IMG/VR virus record: IMGVR_UViG_3300012232_000011
Coordinates: 17,196-81,195 of that record
Source of the DNA: a virus
DNA: 64,000 bases
Direction: 5' to 3' (one strand)
Translations under genes and position numbers: made by a program
Notes under the pieces: model-generated
What the model was told of the DNA's origin: nothing
Database searches by the model: none
Seen by the model: the letters and a program-made list of their open reading frames with translations, nothing else
Shown here: positions 1 through 9,383 of the stretch, one piece after another
Layout: each line of letters opens with the position of its first letter
Position numbering within the stretch: position 1 is the first letter of the stretch

Positions 1-1
1 T

Positions 2-154
2 TGGTTCTGTGGATCGGGTTCGACGCTGATCGCGTGTGAACAGACGGGGCGCGTCTGCTACTCAATGGAGATCGATCCCGGCTACTGTGACGTGGCGGTG
101 CGAAGGTGGGCTGCTTTCACGGGACAGGAGCCGGAACTCGAGCGGAGGAAATGA
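2..154 (+). CDS. C-terminal fragment of a phage DNA methyltransferase (N4-C/N6-A type), truncated by the window edge; not in the ORF track
   Basis: Frame 2 reads WFCGSGSTLIACEQTGRVCYSMEIDPGYCDVAVRRW...K*. This contains the SAM-binding FxGSGST motif and the typical ME(I/L)DPxYCDV..RW ending of beta-class phage methylases. Confidence 0.85.
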   Translation, partial: WFCGSGSTLIACEQTGRVCYSMEIDPGYCDVAVRRWAAFTGQEPELERRK

Positions 155-155
155 A

Positions 156-416
156 TTGAACGACGCGGAGTATCTCGAAACGCAGGAGCAGCTTCAGATG
201 GTGGCGTTGATCGTCCTGAACATGGATCTCGACGGCTTCTTTCAGCGTATCGGGACGACGGAGGCGGTCGCGCCGATCCTTGACCCAACAGCGTACATGC
301 GTGGCGCGGAATCACTGACGAAGGTACGGCGACACGCGGAAGCGTTGCGGGACTTCCAGCGCGTCGTGGCTCAGGACAAACAGGACACGCTCGGAGCAGC
401 CAATGCCTCCCGTTGA
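156..416 (+). CDS. hypothetical protein
   Basis: Part of ORF 36..416. TTG start at 156 follows GGAGG at 144-148, and codons are GC3-rich from there on. Confidence 0.6.
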   Translation: MNDAEYLETQEQLQMVALIVLNMDLDGFFQRIGTTEAVAPILDPTAYMRGAESLTKVRRHAEALRDFQRVVAQDKQDTLGAANASR

Positions 417-690
417 CCGTCCGGAGTTGGGGAAGTACGCGCTCTATGGCGGAGTATGCGGCGAACCGTGCGGCGCTCGCGTAACATGGTGGCGCGACGC
501 GGACTTCTCAACCTGGACCGTCCAGCACGGCGAACAGACGGCTGAGTTTCACCGCGACGCCTTCGACGGGCCGGACGTGTACGAAAGCTATCGCGATCAC
601 TTCCCGCGGTCGATGGTGGCACCAACGACCGGCGTCCCGGCGATCAAGGCTTGGATCGAAACCGTCTGTCCGTTGGGGGAAGTCCGATGA
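403..690 (+). CDS. hypothetical protein
   Basis: 95-aa ORF overlapping both neighbours in an operon-like arrangement. Confidence 0.6.
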   Translation: MPPVDRPELGKYALYGGVCGEPCGARVTWWRDADFSTWTVQHGEQTAEFHRDAFDGPDVYESYRDHFPRSMVAPTTGVPAIKAWIETVCPLGEVR

Positions 691-1046
691 TCTTCAAGCG
701 TGCGTGGGTGGAGGATCTGTTCAGGACAAAGCACGCCCGGGACGCACGCCCGACCGTACACAAGAACGGACACCCGATGCAGTACAAACTGGACGGCGTC
801 TATGCGGTTCAACCTGGACGCTTCCAGCCGCACGTCGGCCACGTCCGCGTCACGTCGCTCGAAGAGATGCCCGTCGCGGCGCTCCGCGCTGAAGGTGGGT
901 GGGAGCTGCCGGACGATTGGGCGGATTCGCTGATCGTCGCGGTGATGGACTTGCGGCTCGACTATTGGGCAGCGAAGTGTTGCGCTGCGATGCACACTGT
1001 AGCGGGAGCCGTCGCGCCGCCGCCGAAGGGAGCGCGACGTGGCTGA
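687..1046 (+). CDS. ASCH/PUA-like domain protein (divergent)
   Basis: ATGA overlap start at 687. MIFK...YKLDGVYAVQPGR..HVGHVRVTS..RAEG resembles the ASCH pattern. Confidence 0.55.
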   Translation: MIFKRAWVEDLFRTKHARDARPTVHKNGHPMQYKLDGVYAVQPGRFQPHVGHVRVTSLEEMPVAALRAEGGWELPDDWADSLIVAVMDLRLDYWAAKCCAAMHTVAGAVAPPPKGARRG

Positions 1047-1317
1047 CTTCGCGGTGATCGTACACCTACACGAACCGGGGCGATCCGCACTCACGCCGGA
1101 GGAAATGGAGATCAAGATCCTCGCGCTGTTCGTGGCGCACGTCGACGCCTCGGTGCGGGTCTCCATTCGCTCGGGGACGCCCGACGCCCTGATCGATGAG
1201 CTGAGCGACCGCGACGAAGACGACCCCGATCTTTGGTTCGACCTGGACCGCGAACCCGAGGAGGAAACAGTACCGGGTTCGGATCAGGCTGTAGATTCAC
1301 AGACTGATCCGAGTTAG
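1039..1317 (+). CDS. hypothetical acidic protein
   Basis: 92-aa ORF with GTG start overlapping the upstream stop. Confidence 0.6.
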   Translation: MADFAVIVHLHEPGRSALTPEEMEIKILALFVAHVDASVRVSIRSGTPDALIDELSDRDEDDPDLWFDLDREPEEETVPGSDQAVDSQTDPS

Positions 1318-1323
1318 TACCAA

Positions 1324-1959
1324 ATGGCACCCGTAAAGCACCCGCGCCGGACAGCACGCACGCAAGCGGAGAGCGAGGGATACTTCGCGGTGTTCTATGC
1401 GATGGGACCGGAGCGCACGCTCGAACGATTGGCGCGGGAGTCCGTCGGCTTCGGCCTGAAGCGCAAGCACCTATCGACGATCAAAGTTTGGTCGTCTCAG
1501 TACCAATGGCAGAACCGGATCCGGACGCTCGACGAACAGACAAGCCGCGCCAGTATGAGCGACCATATCCGCGAGGTTCAGGATATGAACCGGACGCACG
1601 CGGTTATCGGTTCGATGGGCGTACAGGCGGCGGCGCGGGGACTCGAACAACTGATCCGGCATATCGGCACAGAGAAACCCTGCGAGCATTGCGGTCTCGC
1701 GCCGCTCAAGCTGGACGCGAACGAGATCTCCCGTTTGATGGACACGTTCGCGACCTGGCAACGGAAGGCACTCGGGGAAGCGACGGACCGGACGGAGATC
1801 ACGATCACGATCTGGAACCTGTTGACCATCGAAGTTGTGCAGGCGTATCTGGCGACGGAAGTGTACGAAGATCCGGAACGGAGGAAGAGGGAATTTATGC
1901 TTGAGTACGACGCGATCAAGATGCGGCACTTCGGCGCCGTGCTGGAGGGTGCGGTATGA
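1324..1959 (+). CDS. terminase small subunit (putative)
   Basis: YFAVFYAMGPERTLERLA...IKVWSSQYQWQNR resembles the HTH-type TerS N-terminus; lies two genes upstream of TerL. Confidence 0.65.
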   Translation: MAPVKHPRRTARTQAESEGYFAVFYAMGPERTLERLARESVGFGLKRKHLSTIKVWSSQYQWQNRIRTLDEQTSRASMSDHIREVQDMNRTHAVIGSMGVQAAARGLEQLIRHIGTEKPCEHCGLAPLKLDANEISRLMDTFATWQRKALGEATDRTEITITIWNLLTIEVVQAYLATEVYEDPERRKREFMLEYDAIKMRHFGAVLEGAV

Positions 1960-2438
1960 GATGCAAAGTCACAGTCCCGGCGACGGATTCCAGCGGTTCG
2001 ACCATCTACGGTGCGTGCAATCAGGATGAGCCGTGCGCCGATCATCCGGACGGAATGCCGGCGGCGGCGGTTGTGGGAGCGCACGGACCGGAGACCATCA
2101 TTCCATTCGAGATCGCCGGGGATGCGCTCCGCGAGACCGCCGACATTCCGGCGGGTGAAGCGCGGGAGTTGCCCGTGTCGCCCGTCGGCGTCGGTGATCC
2201 CGTCGAGCGGTGCCGACGCTTTCAGCTCCGGCGGCTGGCCGACGTGTCGGGCGTGTCGGGAGTCGGCGTCGTGTCCGTCGGCGTCCAGTTCCCGACAGGG
2301 CGGTGCGTGCTGGAATGGTTGCCCTCGGAGTTCGCGAACGTCCGCTCCATCGGCGTGTACGCGAACCTGGACGAAGTGAACGCCGTCCACGGGCACGGCG
2401 GCGCGACCGTGATCGAGTGGCTCGACGCCGGGGAATAG
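1956..2438 (+). CDS. conserved phage hypothetical protein
   Basis: C-terminal RRFQLRRLADVSGVSGVGVV..GVQF..G..VLEW...VHGHGGATVIEWLD resembles a widespread small phage protein family. Confidence 0.7.
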   Translation: MRCKVTVPATDSSGSTIYGACNQDEPCADHPDGMPAAAVVGAHGPETIIPFEIAGDALRETADIPAGEARELPVSPVGVGDPVERCRRFQLRRLADVSGVSGVGVVSVGVQFPTGRCVLEWLPSEFANVRSIGVYANLDEVNAVHGHGGATVIEWLDAGE

Positions 2439-2450
2439 CAAACTCGACCG

Positions 2451-4313
2451 ATGAAACTGATCAATGCCGACGAGCAACCGCCGCGATTGAAAGTCATCCC
2501 TCGCGGTTGCTCGTCGCTGGACTTTCGCGCCGACCGACGACCAAAGGGACGGATCATTACCGTCCATTCCCGCACTGCGAGAAAGCGGAAGGCGGAGCGG
2601 CGGATGCTGTCCGCCTTCGAGATCGCCGGAGCCTCCGCCGCCGCGCCCGAACTTGAGGATGCCGGCGGCGCGCCGCCGACTATCGATCCGCTGGTCGCCG
2701 TCCGCGACCTGGACCCGTGCGACTGGATCGAGCGCAACTTCTACATCGTCAACCAACTGAACGCCGCGACGGAGTTGATCAAACTGTTCCTCCGCCAGAA
2801 GGCGATCCTTCGCTATTGCTTCACCCGCAACGAAGCCGGGCGGTTCCCCTTCCAGATGATCGTGATCAGCACGATCAAGAAATCCGGCAAGACCACGCTG
2901 ACCGCGACAATCGAGCGATGGCTCGCCGAAACACAAGTCCGCTACGGCGAGATCTACTGTCTCGGCAACGATAAGGATCAGGCGCGGGATCGTTCCTTCA
3001 AGTTCGTGAAGGAATCGATCGAGCTGACGCCCGGGTACGACCGCCGGCACGAGATCCTCCCGGGACGTTGGGATGTGTTCGCAAACTCGCTGCGGTGCCT
3101 ATCGTCGCAATCCATCATCAAGGCGGTCGCGGTCGATGCGAAGGGCGAAGCCGGAGGGCGTCCGTATTGCTCCGTCTGGACGGAGCTGTGGGGATTCGAG
3201 TCGGCGGAAGCCAAGAAACTCTGGACGGAAATGACACCCGTCCCGACGATCCCGGACTCAATGCGTATCATCGATTCCTACGCCGGCTTCGAGGGCGAGA
3301 GCGAGACGCTCCGGCGCATCTACGATCGCGGGATGGAGAACGGGCACCAGCTCACGAATCACGAACTCGCGCTCGCGGCCGCACGCGATGTCGACGGCGA
3401 GCGATACGAGGATTTCCTGCACGCCTTCGAGGAGTGCAACGGCGACCCGGACGCGCTCGTTCCCTGTTGGGTCGAAGGCCGCATGTTCATGTATTGGGAC
3501 AGCGGCGCGGCGGCGCGGCGGATCAAAGAGCTACAGACGCCGGAGTATTACGCCGAACAGTCGAAAGAGTTGCTCCCGCAAGAGTTCACGCGCATCCACG
3601 AGAACGTGTGGGGATCCGGCGTCTCGAACGCGATCCCGATTGCTTCGTTCGATGCCTGTTGGGATGCGACGCTGCCGCCGCTCATGCCCGGCGACCTTGC
3701 GCCGATGATCCTCGCGTGCGACGCCGGCACGTCAGGCGACGCCTTCGCGATTCTCTCGATTACGCGACACCCGCTCGACAACACCCGCGCCGCGCTCCGC
3801 GAGTTGCGCGTCTGGACGCCGGACGACTTCCGCGACGAGCCGGGCTTCGACGAAGGGCGGATCCAGTACGTCGAACCGGAGAAGTTCATCCGCTGGTGTA
3901 TCGACAACTTCAACGTGCTGAACATTTGCTACGACCCGTATCAGCTCGAAGATATGATGCAACGGATCCGGCGGGAGACCGGAGCCTTCGCCTCGCAATT
4001 CCTACAGGCGAAGGACCGCGACGTATCGGATCGCGGCTTCTACGATCAGGTCGTCCAGCGGACGCTCTCCTGGAACTTCCACGACACGTGCGAATGGGAC
4101 GGCTCCGCCCACGTGCGCTGCGTCGCGCCTGGCCGGGACCCGACGGAGGGCAAGAGCAAGGTCTTCCGCCAGCACCTAATGAACGCCGACAAAAAGATCC
4201 AAGCGAATCAGGAGTCGAAGATGCGGTTCGTAAAGAAGCCGAGCGGTCGCCCGATTGACCTTCTGATCGCGGCGTCAATGGGCGTCGAACGTGCGCTGTA
4301 CCTGATGATGTGA
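2451..4313 (+). CDS. terL: terminase large subunit (true start may be ATG 2604)
   Basis: Walker A IKKSGKT, Walker B-like VWTELWG, coupling motif IDSYAG, RNase H-type nuclease motifs ACDAG..D, YDPYQ and PIDLLIA. Confidence 0.92.
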   Translation: MKLINADEQPPRLKVIPRGCSSLDFRADRRPKGRIITVHSRTARKRKAERRMLSAFEIAGASAAAPELEDAGGAPPTIDPLVAVRDLDPCDWIERNFYIVNQLNAATELIKLFLRQKAILRYCFTRNEAGRFPFQMIVISTIKKSGKTTLTATIERWLAETQVRYGEIYCLGNDKDQARDRSFKFVKESIELTPGYDRRHEILPGRWDVFANSLRCLSSQSIIKAVAVDAKGEAGGRPYCSVWTELWGFESAEAKKLWTEMTPVPTIPDSMRIIDSYAGFEGESETLRRIYDRGMENGHQLTNHELALAAARDVDGERYEDFLHAFEECNGDPDALVPCWVEGRMFMYWDSGAAARRIKELQTPEYYAEQSKELLPQEFTRIHENVWGSGVSNAIPIASFDACWDATLPPLMPGDLAPMILACDAGTSGDAFAILSITRHPLDNTRAALRELRVWTPDDFRDEPGFDEGRIQYVEPEKFIRWCIDNFNVLNICYDPYQLEDMMQRIRRETGAFASQFLQAKDRDVSDRGFYDQVVQRTLSWNFHDTCEWDGSAHVRCVAPGRDPTEGKSKVFRQHLMNADKKIQANQESKMRFVKKPSGRPIDLLIAASMGVERALYLMM

Positions 4314-4317
4314 CGCG

Positions 4318-4500
4318 ATGAAAGCAAAGCGCGATCCTCGGGCGCACTGGTCAAACACGACCGAGGGCAAGGCGAAGAGTACGAAGTCGCTGCCCGATCA
4401 CAACCGGAAGGCTGGTGTCGCGAAGTCGAAGCGAGCCGCCGGGAACCGCCGCCGCCGTCGCATCGCGGCGCGGGAGTTGAAGGGCTGGCGCGTGATATAG
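4318..4500 (+). CDS. small very basic protein
   Basis: 60-aa Lys/Arg-rich ORF directly after terL. Confidence 0.55.
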   Translation: MKAKRDPRAHWSNTTEGKAKSTKSLPDHNRKAGVAKSKRAAGNRRRRRIAARELKGWRVI

Positions 4501-4501
4501 T
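4491..4501 (+). promoter_or_regulatory. extended -10 promoter candidate (TG-n-TATAGT)
   Basis: CGTGATATAGT; the identical 11-mer occurs at 4984-4994. Confidence 0.45.
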
Positions 4502-4516
4502 TCGCGACGTGAGGAG

Positions 4517-4978
4517 GTGCCAATGTTGGCAGAGCGGATCACTCTAGTCTCACTTGGAGAAGCCCCGCTGATTGTGGACGAACCGGAACTGTTCGGACAA
4601 CCGCTTCGGGTCGATCTCTCTGGTTACGTCATGGCTCGTGTCACTGCGATCATTCGGTGGGAGGAAGGCGCGGCGTGGGACACGGCTCCGGGACAGGTTG
4701 GTGTCCTATGTTTCCCCGCGCTCGCTTTCATCACCGATCCGCTCACTGGCGGTTTGCCGCGCCACGAGATCGGCGCGGATAGTGGCGACGCCTGGCTGCC
4801 CGTCGCTGTGAATCTCGCCCCGACTGGTGTCAACCAGGACTCGTTTACGCCAGCGACGAGCGAATGGTTCTATCTGTCCAGCGAAGCGAAGGCGGATGTT
4901 CTTCTACAGGCCGCGACACGCGGCGGAGCCGGGGAGGAACCGACGATCTCACAACTCGCGCTGGAAGTGCAACGGTAG
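4517..4978 (+). CDS. hypothetical (possible virion) protein
   Basis: 153-aa ORF with strong RBS (GAGGAGG) between terL and portal. Confidence 0.7.
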   Translation: MPMLAERITLVSLGEAPLIVDEPELFGQPLRVDLSGYVMARVTAIIRWEEGAAWDTAPGQVGVLCFPALAFITDPLTGGLPRHEIGADSGDAWLPVAVNLAPTGVNQDSFTPATSEWFYLSSEAKADVLLQAATRGGAGEEPTISQLALEVQR

Positions 4979-4983
4979 GAAGC

Positions 4984-4994
4984 CGTGATATAGT
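4984..4994 (+). promoter_or_regulatory. extended -10 promoter candidate upstream of portal
   Basis: CGTGATATAGT in the intergenic gap, 20 nt before the portal ATG. Confidence 0.45.
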
Positions 4995-5014
4995 GGCGGC
5001 GCGAGGCTCGGTGT

Positions 5015-6994
5015 ATGGTCGCGATTCATCACAACGGAATCGGCGCAGGCGCGAAGGCACTCGACGCGGAGGCCCTCGAAGCGTCCGTCGTCGCAACTCC
5101 TGAAGGCACACGCGCACAGTTCGCCGACCTGTCCGGTCTCCTGTTCACCGCCGGGATCGCCGATGCGATCTTCCCGTGGGGCACCGCGCCGAAAGCGCGA
5201 GACCGCCAGCTCCGCGACTTCTACCCGTTGGAGTCCTACCTGCTCGGCGCACTCGGGATCGTCACCGGGCGCAACGTCGGTTTCTCCTGGACCCTCGAAG
5301 GCGGGACGCGCACCGCCGCCGCAACTCAGGACATGCTCCTGAACGCGAATTACGGGAAGGGTTGGGATTCATATATCAAGCAACTGAGCATGGATCTCTA
5401 TACGCAGGACTGCGGCGGGTTCAGCGAACTGATCCGCGCCGGCGGGCCGGAGGCGTCGGAGAATCAACCCGTGATCGGGATCGGACACCTGGACTCGGCG
5501 CGATGCTTCCAGACGGGCAACCCGCAAGAGCCGATCTACTACCGTGACATCAAAAACCAATGGCACGCGATGAAGTGGTATCAGGTGCAGCCGCACTATG
5601 AGATCGAGAGCGGGGAGGAACGCGCCATCGGCGGGATCTTCTATTCGCTCCAATACTCCGCCGTGACACGTGCGCTCAAGAACGCGCAGGTAATCCGGAA
5701 CGTCACACAGTACGAGGACGAAAAAACCGGCGGCAACTTCCTGCGCGGGATGCACCTCGTTTCCGGATTCTCACAGAAACAGATCGACGGCGCGATCAAG
5801 TCGCAATCGATACAGGTCGACAATCAAGGGCTGATGCGCTATCAGCAGCCGCCCGTGATCTCGTCGCCCGACCCGAACGCGAAGGTCGCGCACGCGCTCC
5901 TCGAAATGGCGACGCTCCCCGATCACTTCGACAAAGAGAGCGTCATGAAGTGGCATATCGCCGCGCTCGCGATGGCGTTCCTTACCGACTATCAGGAGTT
6001 CGCGCCGCTCCCGGGCGGCGGACTCGGCACGTCGGCGCAATCGGCGATCCTTCACGCGAAGAGCCGCGGTAAGTCGCCGATGCTGTTCCAGAAGATGATC
6101 ACGCACCTGATGAACTTTCAGGGTGCGCTTCCGGCGAACGTGTCGTTCCGCTACACCGAACAGGACATCGCGGCGGAGGCGGAACGCGAGGCACTCAAGG
6201 CCGAACGCGCCGCGACCCACCAGATTTACATCACGAGCGGCGTTCTGGATAAGATCGCCGTCCGCCAGAACCTGCTCGACGAGGGCGACATCTCGCAGGA
6301 AACCTTCGACGAACTGGCGAAGCGCGACGCGGAGATGGAGGAAACGCGAGCGGCGGCGCAACAGGACGCGACCCTTCAGGGCGACCTGAAGCCCGGCGCC
6401 GGGAACATCACCCGGGGCGAGAACGTCCTGAACGATTCGACCGCCGCACAGTCGAAGGCGTTGGCGGTGTTGCTCACCGCCGGGATCAAGTCCGCGCCGG
6501 GCAACGAGATCCGGGCGTTCCTTCAGACGCGCATCCACCGGGCCTTCACCGACTCCGCCGACGATCTCGCCGCGCTCGGCTATCTCGACACCGAGGGGCG
6601 GATCATGCTGTCCGGCCTGATCGGGGACACGCTGCGCCACTTCTCCGACCTGATGGACGAGGAAGCGTGGGAGATCGTGGCCCGCAACATCGACGGCGAC
6701 GATGTTCGCCTCCTGATCGGGAAGATGGAGAAGTCCTACGGCTCCAAAGAGATCCCGAAGGGGCGGCGCGAACTCGAGGGCGAAACCACGGACGAAATGA
6801 AGGAGCTGCTCGACGAGATTCAGAAGGAATTGGCGCGGGAGTTGCGGAAGCGTAGGAAGACGGCGGGAGAGAAGGCCATCGAAACCCGCGAGCCGCGCCC
6901 CGCGAGCGTCACAATTGAGGAGCGGGTCGTCCGCGACGACGACGGACTGATCACCGGGAAGGTTGCACACGAGCGGGTCGATTCATGGGAGTAG
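5015..6994 (+). CDS. portal protein with C-terminal extension
   Basis: 659 aa, position after terL, portal-like helical composition; terminal VRDDDGLITG motif resembles that at the end of many portal proteins. Confidence 0.8.
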   Translation: MVAIHHNGIGAGAKALDAEALEASVVATPEGTRAQFADLSGLLFTAGIADAIFPWGTAPKARDRQLRDFYPLESYLLGALGIVTGRNVGFSWTLEGGTRTAAATQDMLLNANYGKGWDSYIKQLSMDLYTQDCGGFSELIRAGGPEASENQPVIGIGHLDSARCFQTGNPQEPIYYRDIKNQWHAMKWYQVQPHYEIESGEERAIGGIFYSLQYSAVTRALKNAQVIRNVTQYEDEKTGGNFLRGMHLVSGFSQKQIDGAIKSQSIQVDNQGLMRYQQPPVISSPDPNAKVAHALLEMATLPDHFDKESVMKWHIAALAMAFLTDYQEFAPLPGGGLGTSAQSAILHAKSRGKSPMLFQKMITHLMNFQGALPANVSFRYTEQDIAAEAEREALKAERAATHQIYITSGVLDKIAVRQNLLDEGDISQETFDELAKRDAEMEETRAAAQQDATLQGDLKPGAGNITRGENVLNDSTAAQSKALAVLLTAGIKSAPGNEIRAFLQTRIHRAFTDSADDLAALGYLDTEGRIMLSGLIGDTLRHFSDLMDEEAWEIVARNIDGDDVRLLIGKMEKSYGSKEIPKGRRELEGETTDEMKELLDEIQKELARELRKRRKTAGEKAIETREPRPASVTIEERVVRDDDGLITGKVAHERVDSWE

Positions 6995-7136
6995 CGACGA
7001 TCCCCGAGCTGGAGCCGTGGCGGTCGACCGCCTGGTGAAGTGCATGGCAACCTCCTCTGCGGCGAACGGTTCAGTTGCGTCTCCGCGCCTGAGAATTTCG
7101 TGGCGATGCGCCTGGTAATCCTGAAGGGACGGGTCG

Positions 7137-7541
7137 ATGCCTGAAGGACAAATGACCGCTGCGTTCAAAACCCGCGCCCTCCGCCTGTTCAGTGGCGGAA
7201 TGTGGCTCGGCCTTGCGACGAAGATCACGACCGAGCCGGGCGGGACGCGCCTCGTCGAAGAGCCCGACCCGGCATACACCCGCGCCCCTGTCATGTTCAC
7301 GGACCCGGAGCGCGTCGGCGCCCTCGGGATGTCGTGTGAGAACGCGGAAGTCGTGCGCTTCCCGGCGTACCGCGTCGACGCCTCCGCCCCTGTCCGCTAT
7401 TGGTTCGTGGCGACAGCTCCGACCGCCGGGGAGATCCTCGCAGCGGGTGAATTGGAACAGCGCGACGGCGCATGGCCGCAACTCCTGGAAGGCGACGAGT
7501 TTGTCTTCCGCCGTGGGCAGCTTGTGTTGGAGATGCCGTAA
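7137..7541 (+). CDS. small virion structural protein (Gp80-like, divergent paralog of 7545..7946)
   Basis: WLGLAT..YTRAPVMF...VRFP...VRYWFVATAPTAGEILAAGEL...GDEFVF..GQL parallels the next gene. Confidence 0.6.
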   Translation: MPEGQMTAAFKTRALRLFSGGMWLGLATKITTEPGGTRLVEEPDPAYTRAPVMFTDPERVGALGMSCENAEVVRFPAYRVDASAPVRYWFVATAPTAGEILAAGELEQRDGAWPQLLEGDEFVFRRGQLVLEMP

Positions 7542-7544
7542 GCC

Positions 7545-7946
7545 GTGCCGAACAACCTGACCAACTTCCTAGAAAATGCGCTGCTCGATCACTCGCTCGG
7601 GCGCACGTCCTACACAATGCCGGCGGTTGTCCGGCTCGTGTTGTTCACCGCGGACCCGGGCGAAGCGGGATCGTTCGCGGACGAAGTCGGCGCGGGCCTC
7701 GGGTACGCTCGGCAACCGTTGACCATTGATGCCGCCGCCGCCGGCGCAACGCAGAACGATACGCTGATCACCTTCGGCCCGGCGAGCAGTCCGTGGGGCA
7801 CCGTGACGCACGTCGGCGTCGCCGACAGCGCGTCCATCGGTGCCGGGAACCTCTTATGGTATGGGCCTCTGAACATCGCGAAGACCGTCGGTACGGGCGA
7901 AGATATCGAGTTCGATCCGGGCGATCTGGACTTCGCGATGTTCTGA
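7545..7946 (+). CDS. small virion structural protein (Gp80-like / tail-fibre-associated family)
   Basis: TNFLENALLDH..LFTADPG..GYARQ..ITF..WGTVTH..GNLLWYG.L..KTV..G..IEF..GDL is a very widespread phage protein pattern. Confidence 0.8.
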   Translation: MPNNLTNFLENALLDHSLGRTSYTMPAVVRLVLFTADPGEAGSFADEVGAGLGYARQPLTIDAAAAGATQNDTLITFGPASSPWGTVTHVGVADSASIGAGNLLWYGPLNIAKTVGTGEDIEFDPGDLDFAMF

Positions 7947-7978
7947 GGAATCGAGTCCCGAATCTGAAAAAAAGGGCA

Positions 7979-8008
7979 TTGTGTAGGCGGCACGGTTGGG
8001 CGTATGAT
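7979..8008 (+). promoter_or_regulatory. sigma70-like promoter candidate
   Basis: TTGTGT-18 nt-TATGAT in an AT-richer intergenic gap preceded by an A7 tract. Confidence 0.35.
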
Positions 8009-8044
8009 TGGCGCGGAGCCGTTCCGTAACAAGGAGGATCGCAA

Positions 8045-8524
8045 ATGTCCGCAGGACAAAGGTACAACGGGTTCACGAACCAAAGCCTGGGCGCGAGCGC
8101 AACCAACCCCATGTTCTCTGTGATCGCTCCGCTCACGCGGCGCGTTCACATTTATGAGTTCAACGCGGGATCGGATGCGACGCCGGCGGATCAGGCTCAG
8201 AAGTTCTCGTGGCAGCGAGGCACCGCGAACTTCGGCACACCGTCCGCCGTCGCTCCGGTATCACTCGATCCGGCGGACGGTGTCTCCGGCTCGCTGTTCA
8301 GCGCGCCGGGCGGTACAGCTCCGACCCTCACCGCCGTCGCTTTCATGTACCAGTGGGCACAGAACGCCCGGGCAAACTTCCGATGGGTTGCTGCGCCGGA
8401 TTCCGAGCTGGTGATCCCGCAGAGCGTCACCAACCAAACGACAACCTGCAATGGCGCGTTCCTGATGAACCTCGTGTCGACCGCCACGCAGAACTGGGCG
8501 TGGTCCGTTCTCTGGTCGGAATAA
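8045..8524 (+). CDS. putative virion decoration/structural protein
   Basis: 159 aa, strong RBS AAGGAGG, beta-rich, ends RWVAAPDSELVIP...W.E. Confidence 0.7.
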   Translation: MSAGQRYNGFTNQSLGASATNPMFSVIAPLTRRVHIYEFNAGSDATPADQAQKFSWQRGTANFGTPSAVAPVSLDPADGVSGSLFSAPGGTAPTLTAVAFMYQWAQNARANFRWVAAPDSELVIPQSVTNQTTTCNGAFLMNLVSTATQNWAWSVLWSE

Positions 8525-8537
8525 GTCGGAGGGCGAC

Positions 8538-8825
8538 ATGACGAGGCGGCTCGAACGGATCGCGGGTGCCGCGATCCTCGATGGTCAACAGATCGCGGAC
8601 ACGCTTCAGTGTTGCCATTGCGGCAGGCATTGGAACCGCAAGCCCGGATCGGGTACGGTTCGCGGCTTTTGTCTGAAGTGCTACGGCGTCACGTGCGGCG
8701 ATGAAGCCTGCTCGATCGAATGTAAACCGTTCGAGAAGTGGCTCGACGAAGTCGAAGCAAAGAACCGCATCCTCCTGGACCGGATGGAGCAAACCGCCGA
8801 GGGCATCTACATCGCGAGGCGGTAA
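8538..8825 (+). CDS. Cys-rich zinc-finger protein
   Basis: CCHC..FCLKC..TCG..C..C pattern. Confidence 0.7.
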   Translation: MTRRLERIAGAAILDGQQIADTLQCCHCGRHWNRKPGSGTVRGFCLKCYGVTCGDEACSIECKPFEKWLDEVEAKNRILLDRMEQTAEGIYIARR

Positions 8826-8831
8826 ACACCC

Positions 8832-9374
8832 GTGGCTCTTACGCTGAACGTGCGCGAGGCGGACCCGGCGAGCGAAGATGATATGATCTTCTTTGTCCGG
8901 ATGGCGGCGTTGTCCGGTCTCGGGTGGGATATCGACAGCGCGATCCGGTACGCAACCAATCCCAACGTATTGCTTGACCTAGTCGAAGGCACATGGCCCG
9001 AGCGCGGGTTCACTGAGACGACGCGGATACTTGCGTGGTGCGGCGTGTGGCCGACCAACGGCGGCAGGGAGATCCGCGCAATGTTGCTCGCCATCGACCC
9101 GGAGGTTCTCGACGACGCCGACGTATCGCTTCAGACGGTGCGCCATCGGGTGATCGATGAGCATGGGCGCCAATACCTTCGCGCCGTGCAGCAGCGGCTC
9201 GGCTCCGGCGCGAAGGTGCTGATCGGCCCGATACCGACGGGCGGAACCTTCGCTCGCCTCATGGGTTATCTCGACACTGTCCCGCAGGACTCGGCGGTTG
9301 TGGGAGCGGACGGGCGCAAGTCGTTGACGCTCGATGTCGATGCGTTGCTCACGACGTTCGACGCTCGCGCTTAG
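8832..9374 (+). CDS. hypothetical protein
   Basis: 180-aa GTG-start ORF in operon. Confidence 0.65.
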   Translation: MALTLNVREADPASEDDMIFFVRMAALSGLGWDIDSAIRYATNPNVLLDLVEGTWPERGFTETTRILAWCGVWPTNGGREIRAMLLAIDPEVLDDADVSLQTVRHRVIDEHGRQYLRAVQQRLGSGAKVLIGPIPTGGTFARLMGYLDTVPQDSAVVGADGRKSLTLDVDALLTTFDARA

Positions 9375-9383
9375 GGGGGCCGC

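Noticed and set aside
6983-7136. Small gene between portal and 7137
   Set aside because: Several short frames are possible, but none has a convincing start, RBS and codon bias together.
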